Below are positions 52,325 through 62,178 of a stretch of DNA of 64,000 nucleotides, piece by piece. The notes beneath the pieces are model-generated. The model searched no databases and had not been told where the DNA came from. It saw only the letters and a program-made list of their open reading frames with translations. Origin of the DNA: Myxococcota bacterium. Lineage in GTDB: Bacteria > Myxococcota_A > SURF-8. The DNA is taken from NCBI GenBank assembly GCA_965140415.1, contig OZ223209.1, positions 5,600,001-5,664,000 on the forward strand, given 5' to 3'. How positions within the stretch are numbered: position 1 is the first letter of the stretch; each line of letters starts with the position of its first letter. Both the position numbers and the translations under genes were made by a program.

Positions 52325-54373
52325 ATGCCCAGAGTTCTTTCCGCCCTGCTCGCTCTTTCATTTTTGTTCCTCGCACTGCCGCAGGCGTATGCCTGGCAGG
52401 TAGGTGTCGCTCCGGCAACTCGCAAAATCATGCAGGATCTGCCCGTTCCCAACGAGCAATCGGTACAACTCATGGCAGCACGTAACGAATGGGAAGCCTT
52501 CCAGATCGTTGTGAAAGACGATGCCGGTGTACAGGGCGTGGATGTCAGCATTACCGATCTTTCGATGCAGGATGGCGGCAGCATTTCCTCCGACAACATT
52601 CGCTTGTACCGGGAATATTACGTGGATATCACCAACGATTCTCCCGGATCGGTGACCTATCACGAGCGCGAACTCGGACTTTATCCCGACCCGCTGATTC
52701 CCTTTACCGATCCCTACGCCACCGAAAAGAAAGCGGTTGGCGCACCCTTCGATCTTCAGGGCGAACAGGTTGGAGCCATCTTCGTGGATTGCTACGTTCC
52801 CACCGATACAGCGCCGGGTGAATATACAGGAACAGCCACGGTTACGGCCACGGGCAAAGAGCCTGTTGAAATTCCGATTTCGTTGACAGTCTGGGAGTTG
52901 GAGCAGCCAAAGACAAAAAGTGTTGCCACCGCTTTCAACTTTTCCTGGGATCATATCGTGCGTTACCACGGCGGCATCGAGCAGACCGATGAAGAACTGG
53001 TGCAGACGATCATCAACAATTATTATATCGCACTGCATGAACATCACATCGATCCAACCCACTTGAAAGGTCCGGTGTCCTTTGAATTCGACGAAGATGG
53101 AGAACTGCTGCCCATCGACTGGACTGAATACGACGCCTACATGACGCCGTTCATGACTGGCTCGCTTTTCCCAGATGGCGAACCGGTGAAGCGCTTCAAC
53201 GTCACTTACTTCAAACCGGGTCGTGGCATCGGTTCGATGACGGAAGAACAGTATTCCCGCGCGGCGGCGGCCTTTGCCGAGCATCTGAACGAAAAAGGCT
53301 GGTGGGACAAGGCGTATATCTATGCCACCGACGAACCATGGTTGAACGGCGGCGATGAAACCTTCAATCAGATCAAGCATGACGCTACGCTGCTGTTCAC
53401 CTATTCGGATCTGTGGCGCGACAAGATCCTGGTTACGGGACCATACGACGAGCGCATCGGCGACGAAGTCGGTATCTGGTGCCCGGTGACACCGATGTAC
53501 GAAGACTGGTGGTGGATCGACGGTTCCCGCGCAGGCTGGGACGATTACACGCCGCTATTGGAGCAAGGCAAGCAATTGTGGTTTTACGTGTGCAATGCCA
53601 ATACACCGCCATATGCTGGGTATGACATCGATACGCAGATCGGCTACGAACCGCGCATCGTTAAATGGGGTACCTGGTTCGAACGTGGCAGCGGCTTTTT
53701 GTATTGGCGAGTCAATTACTGGATCGACAACGATCCCTGGAACAAGTACATGAACCTGGAGAATTTCGGCGAGCCTTTCTCGCGTAACGGCGACGGTATC
53801 CTGATTTATCCGGGCGATCACAACGGCAACAACGGCGGCATGGGATCGCCGGAAGACATCGCCATTGACGGCCCCATCCTTTCCTATCGTTTAAAGCAGA
53901 TTCGCGACGGCTTTGAAGACTGGGAATTGTTCAATCTTACCAGTCGCCTGGGCGGCGAAGACTACGTTCGCGAGCAGGTGCGCCGCGCCTATACACGCTT
54001 CGGAAATTTCTTTGTAGAAAGCTGCGAATCGGAAGATGCCTACTGCCCCGACGATCAACCCTGGACCCTGGATGAATACCTGTTATTTGAAGTCCGGGAG
54101 AACATCGCTAAAAAAGCCTTGTATCTTTCCTACCCGGATCGCTACCCGGACCCGGAAGCGTCAAGCACGGATGGCGATCTGGACGGGGAGTCTGTCGAGC
54201 AAGAAACGGATAATGACACTTCGGCCACGGATGGCGATCAGGTGGTAGAAGATGGGGATGATGGGTGCTCCGGTACGCAATCACCCAGTAGTTCATGGAG
54301 CCTGTTGCTGCTTTGCGCTGCGCTGTGCGCCTTGATGCTGCGTCGAAAGAATCGCTCTTATACAGGTCAGTAG
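52325..54373 (+). CDS. Secreted DUF4091/GH123-like protein with C-terminal MYXO-CTERM-like sorting signal
   Basis: AARNEWEAFQIV, YPDPLIP, YATDEP, LWFYVC, GFLYW, NGDGILIYPG, RLKQIRDGFEDWE; tail DDGCS...LLLLCAALCALMLRRK. Confidence 0.8.
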   Translation: MPRVLSALLALSFLFLALPQAYAWQVGVAPATRKIMQDLPVPNEQSVQLMAARNEWEAFQIVVKDDAGVQGVDVSITDLSMQDGGSISSDNIRLYREYYVDITNDSPGSVTYHERELGLYPDPLIPFTDPYATEKKAVGAPFDLQGEQVGAIFVDCYVPTDTAPGEYTGTATVTATGKEPVEIPISLTVWELEQPKTKSVATAFNFSWDHIVRYHGGIEQTDEELVQTIINNYYIALHEHHIDPTHLKGPVSFEFDEDGELLPIDWTEYDAYMTPFMTGSLFPDGEPVKRFNVTYFKPGRGIGSMTEEQYSRAAAAFAEHLNEKGWWDKAYIYATDEPWLNGGDETFNQIKHDATLLFTYSDLWRDKILVTGPYDERIGDEVGIWCPVTPMYEDWWWIDGSRAGWDDYTPLLEQGKQLWFYVCNANTPPYAGYDIDTQIGYEPRIVKWGTWFERGSGFLYWRVNYWIDNDPWNKYMNLENFGEPFSRNGDGILIYPGDHNGNNGGMGSPEDIAIDGPILSYRLKQIRDGFEDWELFNLTSRLGGEDYVREQVRRAYTRFGNFFVESCESEDAYCPDDQPWTLDEYLLFEVRENIAKKALYLSYPDRYPDPEASSTDGDLDGESVEQETDNDTSATDGDQVVEDGDDGCSGTQSPSSSWSLLLLCAALCALMLRRKNRSYTGQ

Positions 54374-54389
54374 AATCGGCCACAACCAA

Positions 54390-54475
54390 GGGTGATATGG
54401 GCGAAGCCCTAGGTTTGCCCGTGTTCGAAAGCAACATGGGCAAGCTCCGTTCTCTTTGTTTCGCCCATGACACCC
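54390..54475. repeat. Hairpin repeat family A core, reverse orientation
   Basis: Reverse complement GGGTGTCATGGGCGAAACAAAGAGAACGGAGCTTGCCCATG...TCGAACACGGGCAAACCTAGGGCTTCGCCCATATCACCC. Confidence 0.8.
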
Positions 54476-54608
54476 GCCGTGGGTCGTTTGTAACTTCTCC
54501 TCCTCTATCCAAGCCAATCGCGAATCGATTTCACAATCGCTCTTGACACGGTGCGTCATGATCGCTATACTTTCTTTGCAGCCGGGGTTTCCGGTGGAGG
54601 AAAGAATC

Positions 54609-55397
54609 ATGACAGACGTGGCTCAGGTTTTCGGTGCGGTCGGGCGGGGAATCGCCAAGGCGGGTGTTTTCGTTGGCCGTAAGCTGGCTGATGGCTATCA
54701 TTCCATCGACCCGGATGTCATTCGCCATATTTCACAGGTACCGCTGTTAAGTTATTCGCTGCTGGTTTCCAAAAACGAGCATATCGATCCCGGCGAATCG
54801 GACGGCTACCCGCCCTTGATTTTCGTGCATGGGCTGGGCGGCAATCGCGGGAATTTCCTTTTAATGTCCTGGTATTTAAGTATGCTGGGCCGCAAGCGCA
54901 GCTATAAAATCCACTTCGCCTCGGGGCAATCGATGGAGCAGATGGCCGAAGCGCTGGCCAAATTCATTCGCAACGTTCAACGCGCCACCGGCGAATCGCA
55001 AGTCGATATTGTTGCGCACAGCATGGGCGGGGTACTCGTTCGACTGGCGATGGTCGATCACGATGTGACCGATGCCATCCATACTTTGCTGACACTGGGA
55101 ACTCCGCATCATGGCACCTACCCAGCTCGTTACGCCAACACCGATCTAACCCGCAATCTGCGCCCGGACAGTGAAATCGTAAAGAAGATCAATGCGTTGC
55201 CATGGCCTAAGAATGTGCGCGGTATTACGATGTGGAGTAAAAACGACGTGTTTGTGCTGCCGCCGGAATCGGCCAAGGTGGAAGGAACCGAGCAGATCGA
55301 GATGACCCCCTTCACCCATTACAGTTATCTGATCGATCCTAAAGCCTGGTCACAAGTGGGACGTATGTTGATGGCAGAACAAATCCCGGCGAATTGA
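54609..55397 (+). CDS. Alpha/beta hydrolase (lipase/esterase)
   Basis: IFVHGLGG, VAHSMGG, LGTPHHGT, SKND, H; GGAGG RBS. Confidence 0.88.
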   Translation: MTDVAQVFGAVGRGIAKAGVFVGRKLADGYHSIDPDVIRHISQVPLLSYSLLVSKNEHIDPGESDGYPPLIFVHGLGGNRGNFLLMSWYLSMLGRKRSYKIHFASGQSMEQMAEALAKFIRNVQRATGESQVDIVAHSMGGVLVRLAMVDHDVTDAIHTLLTLGTPHHGTYPARYANTDLTRNLRPDSEIVKKINALPWPKNVRGITMWSKNDVFVLPPESAKVEGTEQIEMTPFTHYSYLIDPKAWSQVGRMLMAEQIPAN

Positions 55398-55417
55398 ACC
55401 AGATAGAATAGCGGATT

Positions 55418-56197
55418 TCAGGTCAATAGATATTCCAGTTCCAGATCGATCGAGGTCGGATCGATGCGGAACAGCCAGTTTTCCATCGGCTGCATGGTAA
55501 CCTGCTCTGGGCTGCGTTGTACCAACTGGTTGATTTCGATGACACGCCCACCCAACGGACACCAAAGCGTATAAGCTCTTCCATCCGTCGCCGTAATGCG
55601 CGCGCAACCGGAGCCCTGAGAAACGCTGTCACCAACGGCAGGTAGTTCAACAGTGGCAATATCACCGATCGTGGCAATGAAATTGCGCTCAACGCCAATG
55701 ACTACACTGGCATCCTTTTCGATACGCGCCCAGCTATGATGCCGTAACGTATACGTTTTCCCAGGCTTTAGAGCATCGTCATCCAGCACGGCTTCCGTTT
55801 GCTCTTCGCCTTCAACCTCGGAGAGTTTGCCCACCGCCATGGCTCGATGAACCAGGTTATTGAATTCTTCCTTGGTAAAAGGCTTGGCCAGAAAATCGAA
55901 AGCTCCCAGCCGCATCGACTGCAACGCCGTTTTCATCGTGGCATAGCCGGTGATCAAGATCACACGCACGTCACGGTCGATTTCTCTGACTTTCTGCAAG
56001 AATTCCAACCCGTTCATGCCAGGCATCATCAAATCGGTGATGACGACATCGTAGGTACGGGATTCCATCATCGCCAGTCCGAGTTGGGGCGATTGAACGG
56101 TATCGAGTTCGTAGTTGGACCCTTTCAACACACGCCGGATGCTGAGCAAGACCACTTCTTCATCATCGACAACAAGTATTTTTCCGGGGGTATCCAT
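55418..56197 (-). CDS. Response regulator: receiver domain fused to a GcvH (H-protein)-like domain
   Basis: ILVVDDE, ITDLMMP, ITGY, KPF; then HSWAR...IGV...GDIATVELPAVG...CPLGGRVIEIN...NWL. Confidence 0.85.
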   Translation of the reverse strand: MDTPGKILVVDDEEVVLLSIRRVLKGSNYELDTVQSPQLGLAMMESRTYDVVITDLMMPGMNGLEFLQKVREIDRDVRVILITGYATMKTALQSMRLGAFDFLAKPFTKEEFNNLVHRAMAVGKLSEVEGEEQTEAVLDDDALKPGKTYTLRHHSWARIEKDASVVIGVERNFIATIGDIATVELPAVGDSVSQGSGCARITATDGRAYTLWCPLGGRVIEINQLVQRSPEQVTMQPMENWLFRIDPTSIDLELEYLLT

Positions 56198-56224
56198 CGT
56201 GATTCCTCTCACTAAGCCAACAGA

Positions 56225-57769
56225 TCACACTTTCTTTTGGCTCCGTTCAGCGGGCAGGCGGACGATAAATGTCGTCCCCACTCCGGGTGTGGAAGATACA
56301 TCCAAAGAGCCGCCGTGTTCCTCAATAATTCCCAAACTTATCGATAAACCCAATCCCTGGGTTCGTCCTTCTTTCGTGGAAAAGAACGGTTCGAAAATCC
56401 GCGCTCTTTCTTCCGGCGTCATTCCCTTGCCCTCGTCGATCACTTCGATTTCGATCAGCGGATCGGGCGGCGTATGCCGGGAAATGATATGAATATCACC
56501 GCCTTTTGGCATGGCTTGGGAAGCATTGACCAGCAGATTTAAAATGACCTGCTGTAACTGGCTGGTATTGCCGCGCACCAGAGGCAGGTCGATTTGCGTG
56601 TTGGTATGGATTTTACAATTCTGGAAACGTGCCAACCGCTCCACCAGTTTGATGGTGCGGCGAATGGCTTCGTTGAAATCGACAATACCGATTTCCATGT
56701 TGTCGGGACGGGCGAAGTCGAGCAGGTTGCGCACGATATTGCGGCAGCGAATCGACTCGCGCTTGATTACCAGGAAATCCTCGTAACGTTCGTCGTCTTT
56801 GGAGGTTTCATCGAGCAGATCCTGGGAAAAGGTCAGAATGCCGGTCAGCGGGTTGTTGATTTCGTGGGCAACTCCGGCGGCAAGTTGGCCCAGAGAAGCC
56901 ATTCGTCCAGACAGCACGAGCTGGCGCTGGCTGAATTGAAGCTTTTCCTGCATACGATTGAAGGCACGCGTCAATTCGCCCAGTTCATCCTGACGACCAC
57001 CGTAAATCGGCTCGTTCCAGACGCCTTCCCCGACACGGTCGGTGGCATGAGCAAGACGGGCCACCGGTCGCAGAATCAAGCGCCGCACGATCAACAGTGT
57101 GATCGTACTCATCCCGATAATGGCCAGTAGCGCAAACAAAACCGTATGTATTTGAGCTTTGAAAATGCTGTCCTGTACCTGAGTCAGCGAAATGGACACA
57201 TCCAGTAAGCCTAGAATTTTCTGTTCGGGCGGATGATAATGACATTCCGAGGTGGAGCAGTCGGGCGCATTGAAAACGGGATTGGCAACGCGCAGATAGC
57301 GGATGCCTTCCGAACTGGTAAAGAAATGCGCATCGATTTTGGCTTCGGAAGGCATAACACCTTCCACCTGGTGACAGGTTCGGCAGGCATCGTGAATGAT
57401 TTCAAGCCGTTGTCCACGTTCCAGCACATCGGAGGAAAGCCATACCGAACTGTCCGTGCGATGCGAGAGCAGACGCACGCTATAGACTTCCTTGTGTTCT
57501 CCCAGCCGTTCAAAGGTGCCGGTCAAGGCTTCCATATCGTTGGCGAGCATGTCCCGGTGAATATCCGCCTTGATGAACTCGGTGAGCATTTTGCTCGTTT
57601 GGATTTTTTCCTGAATGATGGTTTCCCGATAAAATCGGAATGCGAAAAAAGAAGTAAACCCGATAATGACCACACCAAGAATGACCACAGCGACCACCAT
57701 CTTGGTGCCGATCTGCCCGATCCCCTCCCTCGTGATCGATTCGGTTTTCTTAAAAAGATTTCGTATCAC
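56225..57769 (-). CDS. Membrane sensor histidine kinase (HAMP, HisKA, HATPase) with periplasmic heme-c-type motifs
   Basis: 2 TM; CRTCH and CSTSECH between them; DELGEL; GVAHEINNPL; PFFSTK, GLGL. Confidence 0.92.
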   Translation of the reverse strand: MIRNLFKKTESITREGIGQIGTKMVVAVVILGVVIIGFTSFFAFRFYRETIIQEKIQTSKMLTEFIKADIHRDMLANDMEALTGTFERLGEHKEVYSVRLLSHRTDSSVWLSSDVLERGQRLEIIHDACRTCHQVEGVMPSEAKIDAHFFTSSEGIRYLRVANPVFNAPDCSTSECHYHPPEQKILGLLDVSISLTQVQDSIFKAQIHTVLFALLAIIGMSTITLLIVRRLILRPVARLAHATDRVGEGVWNEPIYGGRQDELGELTRAFNRMQEKLQFSQRQLVLSGRMASLGQLAAGVAHEINNPLTGILTFSQDLLDETSKDDERYEDFLVIKRESIRCRNIVRNLLDFARPDNMEIGIVDFNEAIRRTIKLVERLARFQNCKIHTNTQIDLPLVRGNTSQLQQVILNLLVNASQAMPKGGDIHIISRHTPPDPLIEIEVIDEGKGMTPEERARIFEPFFSTKEGRTQGLGLSISLGIIEEHGGSLDVSSTPGVGTTFIVRLPAERSQKKV

Positions 57770-57936
57770 AGGCTCACAGGTCCGTTACGTCCAGCACTAG
57801 CGCTGAAAGACAACACGCATCCACCCGCCAACGATCAAGGCATTGCTTTATCGATACAACGAGAGGTCCGGTTTATATATCCATTATATTCCACCGGTTT
57901 TAAAAACCTAGCGAAAAAACAATGTGGGCTACAAGA

Positions 57937-58078
57937 GGGTGTATCACAAGCAGGTGCTATGGGCGAAGCAAAGAGAAACGGAGTTTGCCCATGTACCTCT
58001 CGAACACGGGCAAGCCTACGGCTTAGCCCGCGCCACCCTGAAATCAAACAAGTTTTCAACTTATTGTGATGCACACCC
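57937..58078. repeat. Hairpin repeat family A with both terminal inverted repeats
   Basis: GGGTGTATCACAA...core 57953-58038...TTGTGATGCACACCC. Confidence 0.85.
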
Positions 58079-58172
58079 TTCAGGCTGATCGCAATTGGAG
58101 GCGTTTCTTAAAAGCACCCCTAATTGCTTTCGGTCAACAACAACCTGATTGTCGTGCGAATCGAGTGCCGCC

Positions 58173-60128
58173 CTAGGCGACGCCCTCCTGCTCCGTGGGC
58201 TCTTCTTCCACCGGCGTACTTTCATCCGGCTTGATCACTCCCTTGAACACCAAAATGAGAATCGGGCTGGAGATTGCGATAACTCCAAGGATCAACCACA
58301 TCATTTCCGGGCCGTTGTACCAGCTACGTGCACCGGACACGATATCGTTCATGACGCCATCCGGACAATATTTGGTAAGCAGTTTTCCGGAGAGCCAGCC
58401 GTTGAGCGGTTTGGCTAGGAACATCGGAAGTACGGCCATACTCATGTACGAGCCTTCACGCCCTTTGGGAGCAATCGTCACGGTATATTCAGACAGTCGG
58501 GGCGACCAGATCAATTCTCCGAAGGAAAAGAGAACGATTTGAATGAGGATCAAAGTCAGATATCCGCTTTCCAGGCTCCATCCGATCAGGGTAAAGAGCT
58601 TTGCGGGAACCACCAGCGCAAAGACTGAAAGCGAGGAAACGATGGTTCCAACGATAATCAACCGGAAGACGCTAAATCGCATGATCACGGGAATGAGCAG
58701 AATCAAACCGATGGTGATGATGGTCGGGTTGATGGTGTTCATCATTCCGATTGGTGCATCTTCGCCAAGGATACGAGTGTAATACTTTGGAAACACGATG
58801 AACTGATGGGTAAAAGTCAATTTCACACCGATCAATAACGAAATGAACAGCATGAAACGCCAGAAAGCGGTTTCCTTCATAACGGAAATCGCAATGGAAA
58901 TCGGATTCTCGCGATCCTCTTTTTTCACTTCGGGCATGTTGACGATTTCGCCATCCTCTTCGACCTTGATCCCACTGCGCAATAACAGAACACCCGCACT
59001 ACAGATCACGGCCATCAAGGCGCCGAAAAGAAAGATCGCTTCATTGCCGAAATTGAGGCGTAGTGCATCGAACATGGCAAACGACATGACCGCGCCGATG
59101 TTCATGGTCAGATACTGGAAGTTAAAGGCGGTGCCGGAAGTACGCTTATTGGTGTAGCGGCGTAGTGCAACATAGATTGCAGGCACCATAAGTGCTTCGC
59201 CTACCGCCGTCACTAACAGGATCAGGTGCATGACGATCATCAGCATGTCGAGGAAGGTATATTCCGGCGTGTTCTTGAACATTCCGATTACGCCCAGCGT
59301 ATTCTTGTAAAAGCCGGTTTCCGTGAACGACGCCAACCAGGACGGAAGTTGGCTGCGCGGTCTCAATTCGGGGTAGGACTGGACGGTAGCGATCAGTGTG
59401 GTCTTCAGTTCCTGCGGTTCCGATTCCATATCCAAATAGTATTTTTTGGCCAACACCGGATTCTCACCGACCATCAGGATCACAGCTTTTTTCAGGTTCT
59501 TCTGATCCTTCATCTCCTCTTTCAGATCTCCCTGAAACGCCTCCTTGATTGCAGCGGACTTGGGTAGGGCCAACATGAAGGTATCGAACAACTTCTGGGA
59601 ATCCTCACTCAAGACTTCAATGGTGTCATCGCCTTGCGGAGCAAACACATTATATTGTTTGATCAGGTCGATCTGGGCGTGTTTGAGAGAATCGGAACTC
59701 TTGGTGAAAAACGATTTATCGTAACCTTTGTCGATGATCGTCGCCCTCGTTTGCTCGAAATCAAGGGTTTTGCCCAGATCCCAGCTATCCACCGGCGTCG
59801 TAATACCCAGTAGGAAGCGACAGGGAATCAAGATCACCATGGAGATAAACAAGGCTTTTTTCACACCGATCGAATCGATGATAAAGCCGGAGAAAAACAT
59901 GACCAGAGAAAGGAACAGGGTGAAATAACCCATTACATTCCCGGCATGTTCGTCGTTCAAGCCGACATTGTTCGTCAAGTAGAGGGTGAGCACCGTGATG
60001 AAGGAGAAATACGCCAGCATCTCGAAGAAGTTGATAACCAAATTCAAAATCCAGAATTCTCTTGGAGTTTGACCCAGAATCTTGAATTCGGAAAAATACT
60101 TTTTCACTTCGTTCCACATAGCTGTCAT
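58173..60128 (-). CDS. MFS transporter (POT/PTR-like) with a large inserted soluble domain
   Basis: FFEMLAYF, GFIIDSIG.KKAL, FNFQY..MNIGA, INP..I, FSFGELIWSP...APKG. Confidence 0.8.
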   Translation of the reverse strand: MTAMWNEVKKYFSEFKILGQTPREFWILNLVINFFEMLAYFSFITVLTLYLTNNVGLNDEHAGNVMGYFTLFLSLVMFFSGFIIDSIGVKKALFISMVILIPCRFLLGITTPVDSWDLGKTLDFEQTRATIIDKGYDKSFFTKSSDSLKHAQIDLIKQYNVFAPQGDDTIEVLSEDSQKLFDTFMLALPKSAAIKEAFQGDLKEEMKDQKNLKKAVILMVGENPVLAKKYYLDMESEPQELKTTLIATVQSYPELRPRSQLPSWLASFTETGFYKNTLGVIGMFKNTPEYTFLDMLMIVMHLILLVTAVGEALMVPAIYVALRRYTNKRTSGTAFNFQYLTMNIGAVMSFAMFDALRLNFGNEAIFLFGALMAVICSAGVLLLRSGIKVEEDGEIVNMPEVKKEDRENPISIAISVMKETAFWRFMLFISLLIGVKLTFTHQFIVFPKYYTRILGEDAPIGMMNTINPTIITIGLILLIPVIMRFSVFRLIIVGTIVSSLSVFALVVPAKLFTLIGWSLESGYLTLILIQIVLFSFGELIWSPRLSEYTVTIAPKGREGSYMSMAVLPMFLAKPLNGWLSGKLLTKYCPDGVMNDIVSGARSWYNGPEMMWLILGVIAISSPILILVFKGVIKPDESTPVEEEPTEQEGVA

Positions 60129-60322
60129 TCTCCTTGAGCGCGGAAATTATTGTCGTGCAAGTCGTGACGGGCAGGTGTTCTCGTCCGAGACGATAGAAAC
60201 TTCTAACACCCGGTAAATCGTTTGTAAAGAGGAAAACAGGAAGGAGGGGGGGAGCACGCTACCCCCTTGAACAGAGCAACGAAGGAATGTATTTCAATCG
60301 ATGAATTGCTGTGGTTTGCCGA

Positions 60323-61249
60323 TTACGTCAATACACCTGTGGTTCTGCGATGCTCAATATTACGTTCAGTGTAGAAATCCAAATGACGAATAGCAGAGAG
60401 GCTATTATCAAGTTGGTGGCAATATGAAATAATACTCAAGCAATTGTCTTGAGGACATTGACACACACCCTTGCGCTTTATCCGTCCATCGAGAAAGTTT
60501 CCCATAATTTTCGATCGTTTAAAAAAGGAACGTTTTCCTTCGTAACCACAGCTTGTCAAGTCGCCGTTGCTGATATCTACGTTGAAAAAAGTATCTGCCG
60601 CATCGCAGGCCTTTCCGTGGCATGGATTTAATCCATGAATGAAATCCCAGTCCTGCTCGCATGTATATCGCCCAACTATTTCTCGATACTCAGGGGAATT
60701 ACCCTTCGCAAAATCTGCCGCAACATTCAGAAAAACATCTTGGTCGTGAAATCGTTTAACAAGATCGTCAAGATCGAGATTGTTCTCTTTGAGATACTGC
60801 ATGTTCTCACCGCTTGCCACGAAATTTACCATGCCGACCATCTCATGCTTTTTAAGTCGCATAACAGAATCCCAGATCTGCTCGAAATCGAATCTATGTG
60901 TATGCCAAGAACAATTAAGTTTGATTCTACTATCCACGCATTGTTTAAGAATTTTATTGGTGAAAGTCATGTTCGTATCGACACGAACCCAATATACAAA
61001 GTCGTAAGAAAGAAATCCGTTGATAAGTTCATACGTCCCATTCAACAGAAACGGTTCTCCGCCCCAAAGATAGAACTCAACGTTATTATTCTTGAAATGA
61101 CTCATCGCTTCAACCCACCGCTCTGGCGAGATCGAATCGAACATCGTTGGCTCCGTGCCCTTTGAATGTGGCAGAAAGCAATACGGACAACGCAAATTAC
61201 AGCGCATCGTGGGTACAAAGCGAAATTGGAGAAAGTTTGCTGGACTCAT
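60323..61249 (-). CDS. Radical SAM protein (polysaccharide locus)
   Basis: TMRCNLRCPYC, WGGEPFL; Cys-rich C-terminus. Confidence 0.85.
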   Translation of the reverse strand: MSPANFLQFRFVPTMRCNLRCPYCFLPHSKGTEPTMFDSISPERWVEAMSHFKNNNVEFYLWGGEPFLLNGTYELINGFLSYDFVYWVRVDTNMTFTNKILKQCVDSRIKLNCSWHTHRFDFEQIWDSVMRLKKHEMVGMVNFVASGENMQYLKENNLDLDDLVKRFHDQDVFLNVAADFAKGNSPEYREIVGRYTCEQDWDFIHGLNPCHGKACDAADTFFNVDISNGDLTSCGYEGKRSFFKRSKIMGNFLDGRIKRKGVCQCPQDNCLSIISYCHQLDNSLSAIRHLDFYTERNIEHRRTTGVLT

Positions 61250-61269
61250 TATGTTATACCGCCTCTTCC

Positions 61270-62178
61270 TTATCGTTTCAGATCGAAATTTTCAAGAGTC
61301 TGTTCTATCTGCTTAAAATGATTGTTTACAGTTTCAGAAGCTAAATCCCGGAAAGCTTTTTGCCGTTGTCGTATGAGATCTTTATTTTCTTGTAGTTTGT
61401 GAATCAAGACCTTCAGCTTATTTACTTCTTCGTATTTAATACAGAATTCCTCTATTCCGCATTCCGTCATTAATGCCCTGATTTTCGGACAAACATCGAT
61501 TCCTATCACGGGAATGCCACGCTGAATGGCAGCAACTACGCCATGGTAGCGTGCAGAAATAACAAGTCCAATATTTTCCGTCATATGTTCGATATCGCAT
61601 TTCGTTGTTTCGAATTCATTGACAGTTATCTCGGTATAATTTTTTTCTATTTTGGAAATCCATTGGTTGCGATTTGTGACCGGTCCAATGTACTCTCTGA
61701 AATCATCGAAACTCAACAACACCGATGGATCACGCCAAATGAAAAGACAACGTTTCTCCATTTGTCTATCCACCCAAGGTAACGGACGGGCAAAAGTGAG
61801 ATCATAGGAACGGTAACGCTCATCAAGTTGCATGCATTTCAAAGAATATTCATCACGAACGAAAAAGAATTCAGCCTCAGCAGCCAACTCGGATGCTCTT
61901 GTATCTTTGTGCTTGAATTCCGCACCGAGACCTGCCATCCCGAACGGAATAGAAATCCTGGCATTCCAAGGAGGTATGACGTCCCGAATAAACAACCCAC
62001 CTCCAGCGCAAATAACGAAACGATATGGTTTAAAATCTAAAACACCCGTATCGATGTAATCTGCTTCGGGAAAACGCTCTAACCAAATACTTCGGATCCA
62101 ATTGTCACCTAAATTTTTCCCCTGCCACCATCCCCAAATAGCAAGCTTAGGTTTGTTTTTCCTAAACCATTTCAACAT
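61270..62178 (-). CDS. Polysaccharide pyruvyl transferase family protein
   Basis: GWWQGKNLGD, AGGGLF, FVRDEYS, ISARYHG..AAIQRGIP. Confidence 0.85.
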   Translation of the reverse strand: MLKWFRKNKPKLAIWGWWQGKNLGDNWIRSIWLERFPEADYIDTGVLDFKPYRFVICAGGGLFIRDVIPPWNARISIPFGMAGLGAEFKHKDTRASELAAEAEFFFVRDEYSLKCMQLDERYRSYDLTFARPLPWVDRQMEKRCLFIWRDPSVLLSFDDFREYIGPVTNRNQWISKIEKNYTEITVNEFETTKCDIEHMTENIGLVISARYHGVVAAIQRGIPVIGIDVCPKIRALMTECGIEEFCIKYEEVNKLKVLIHKLQENKDLIRQRQKAFRDLASETVNNHFKQIEQTLENFDLKR

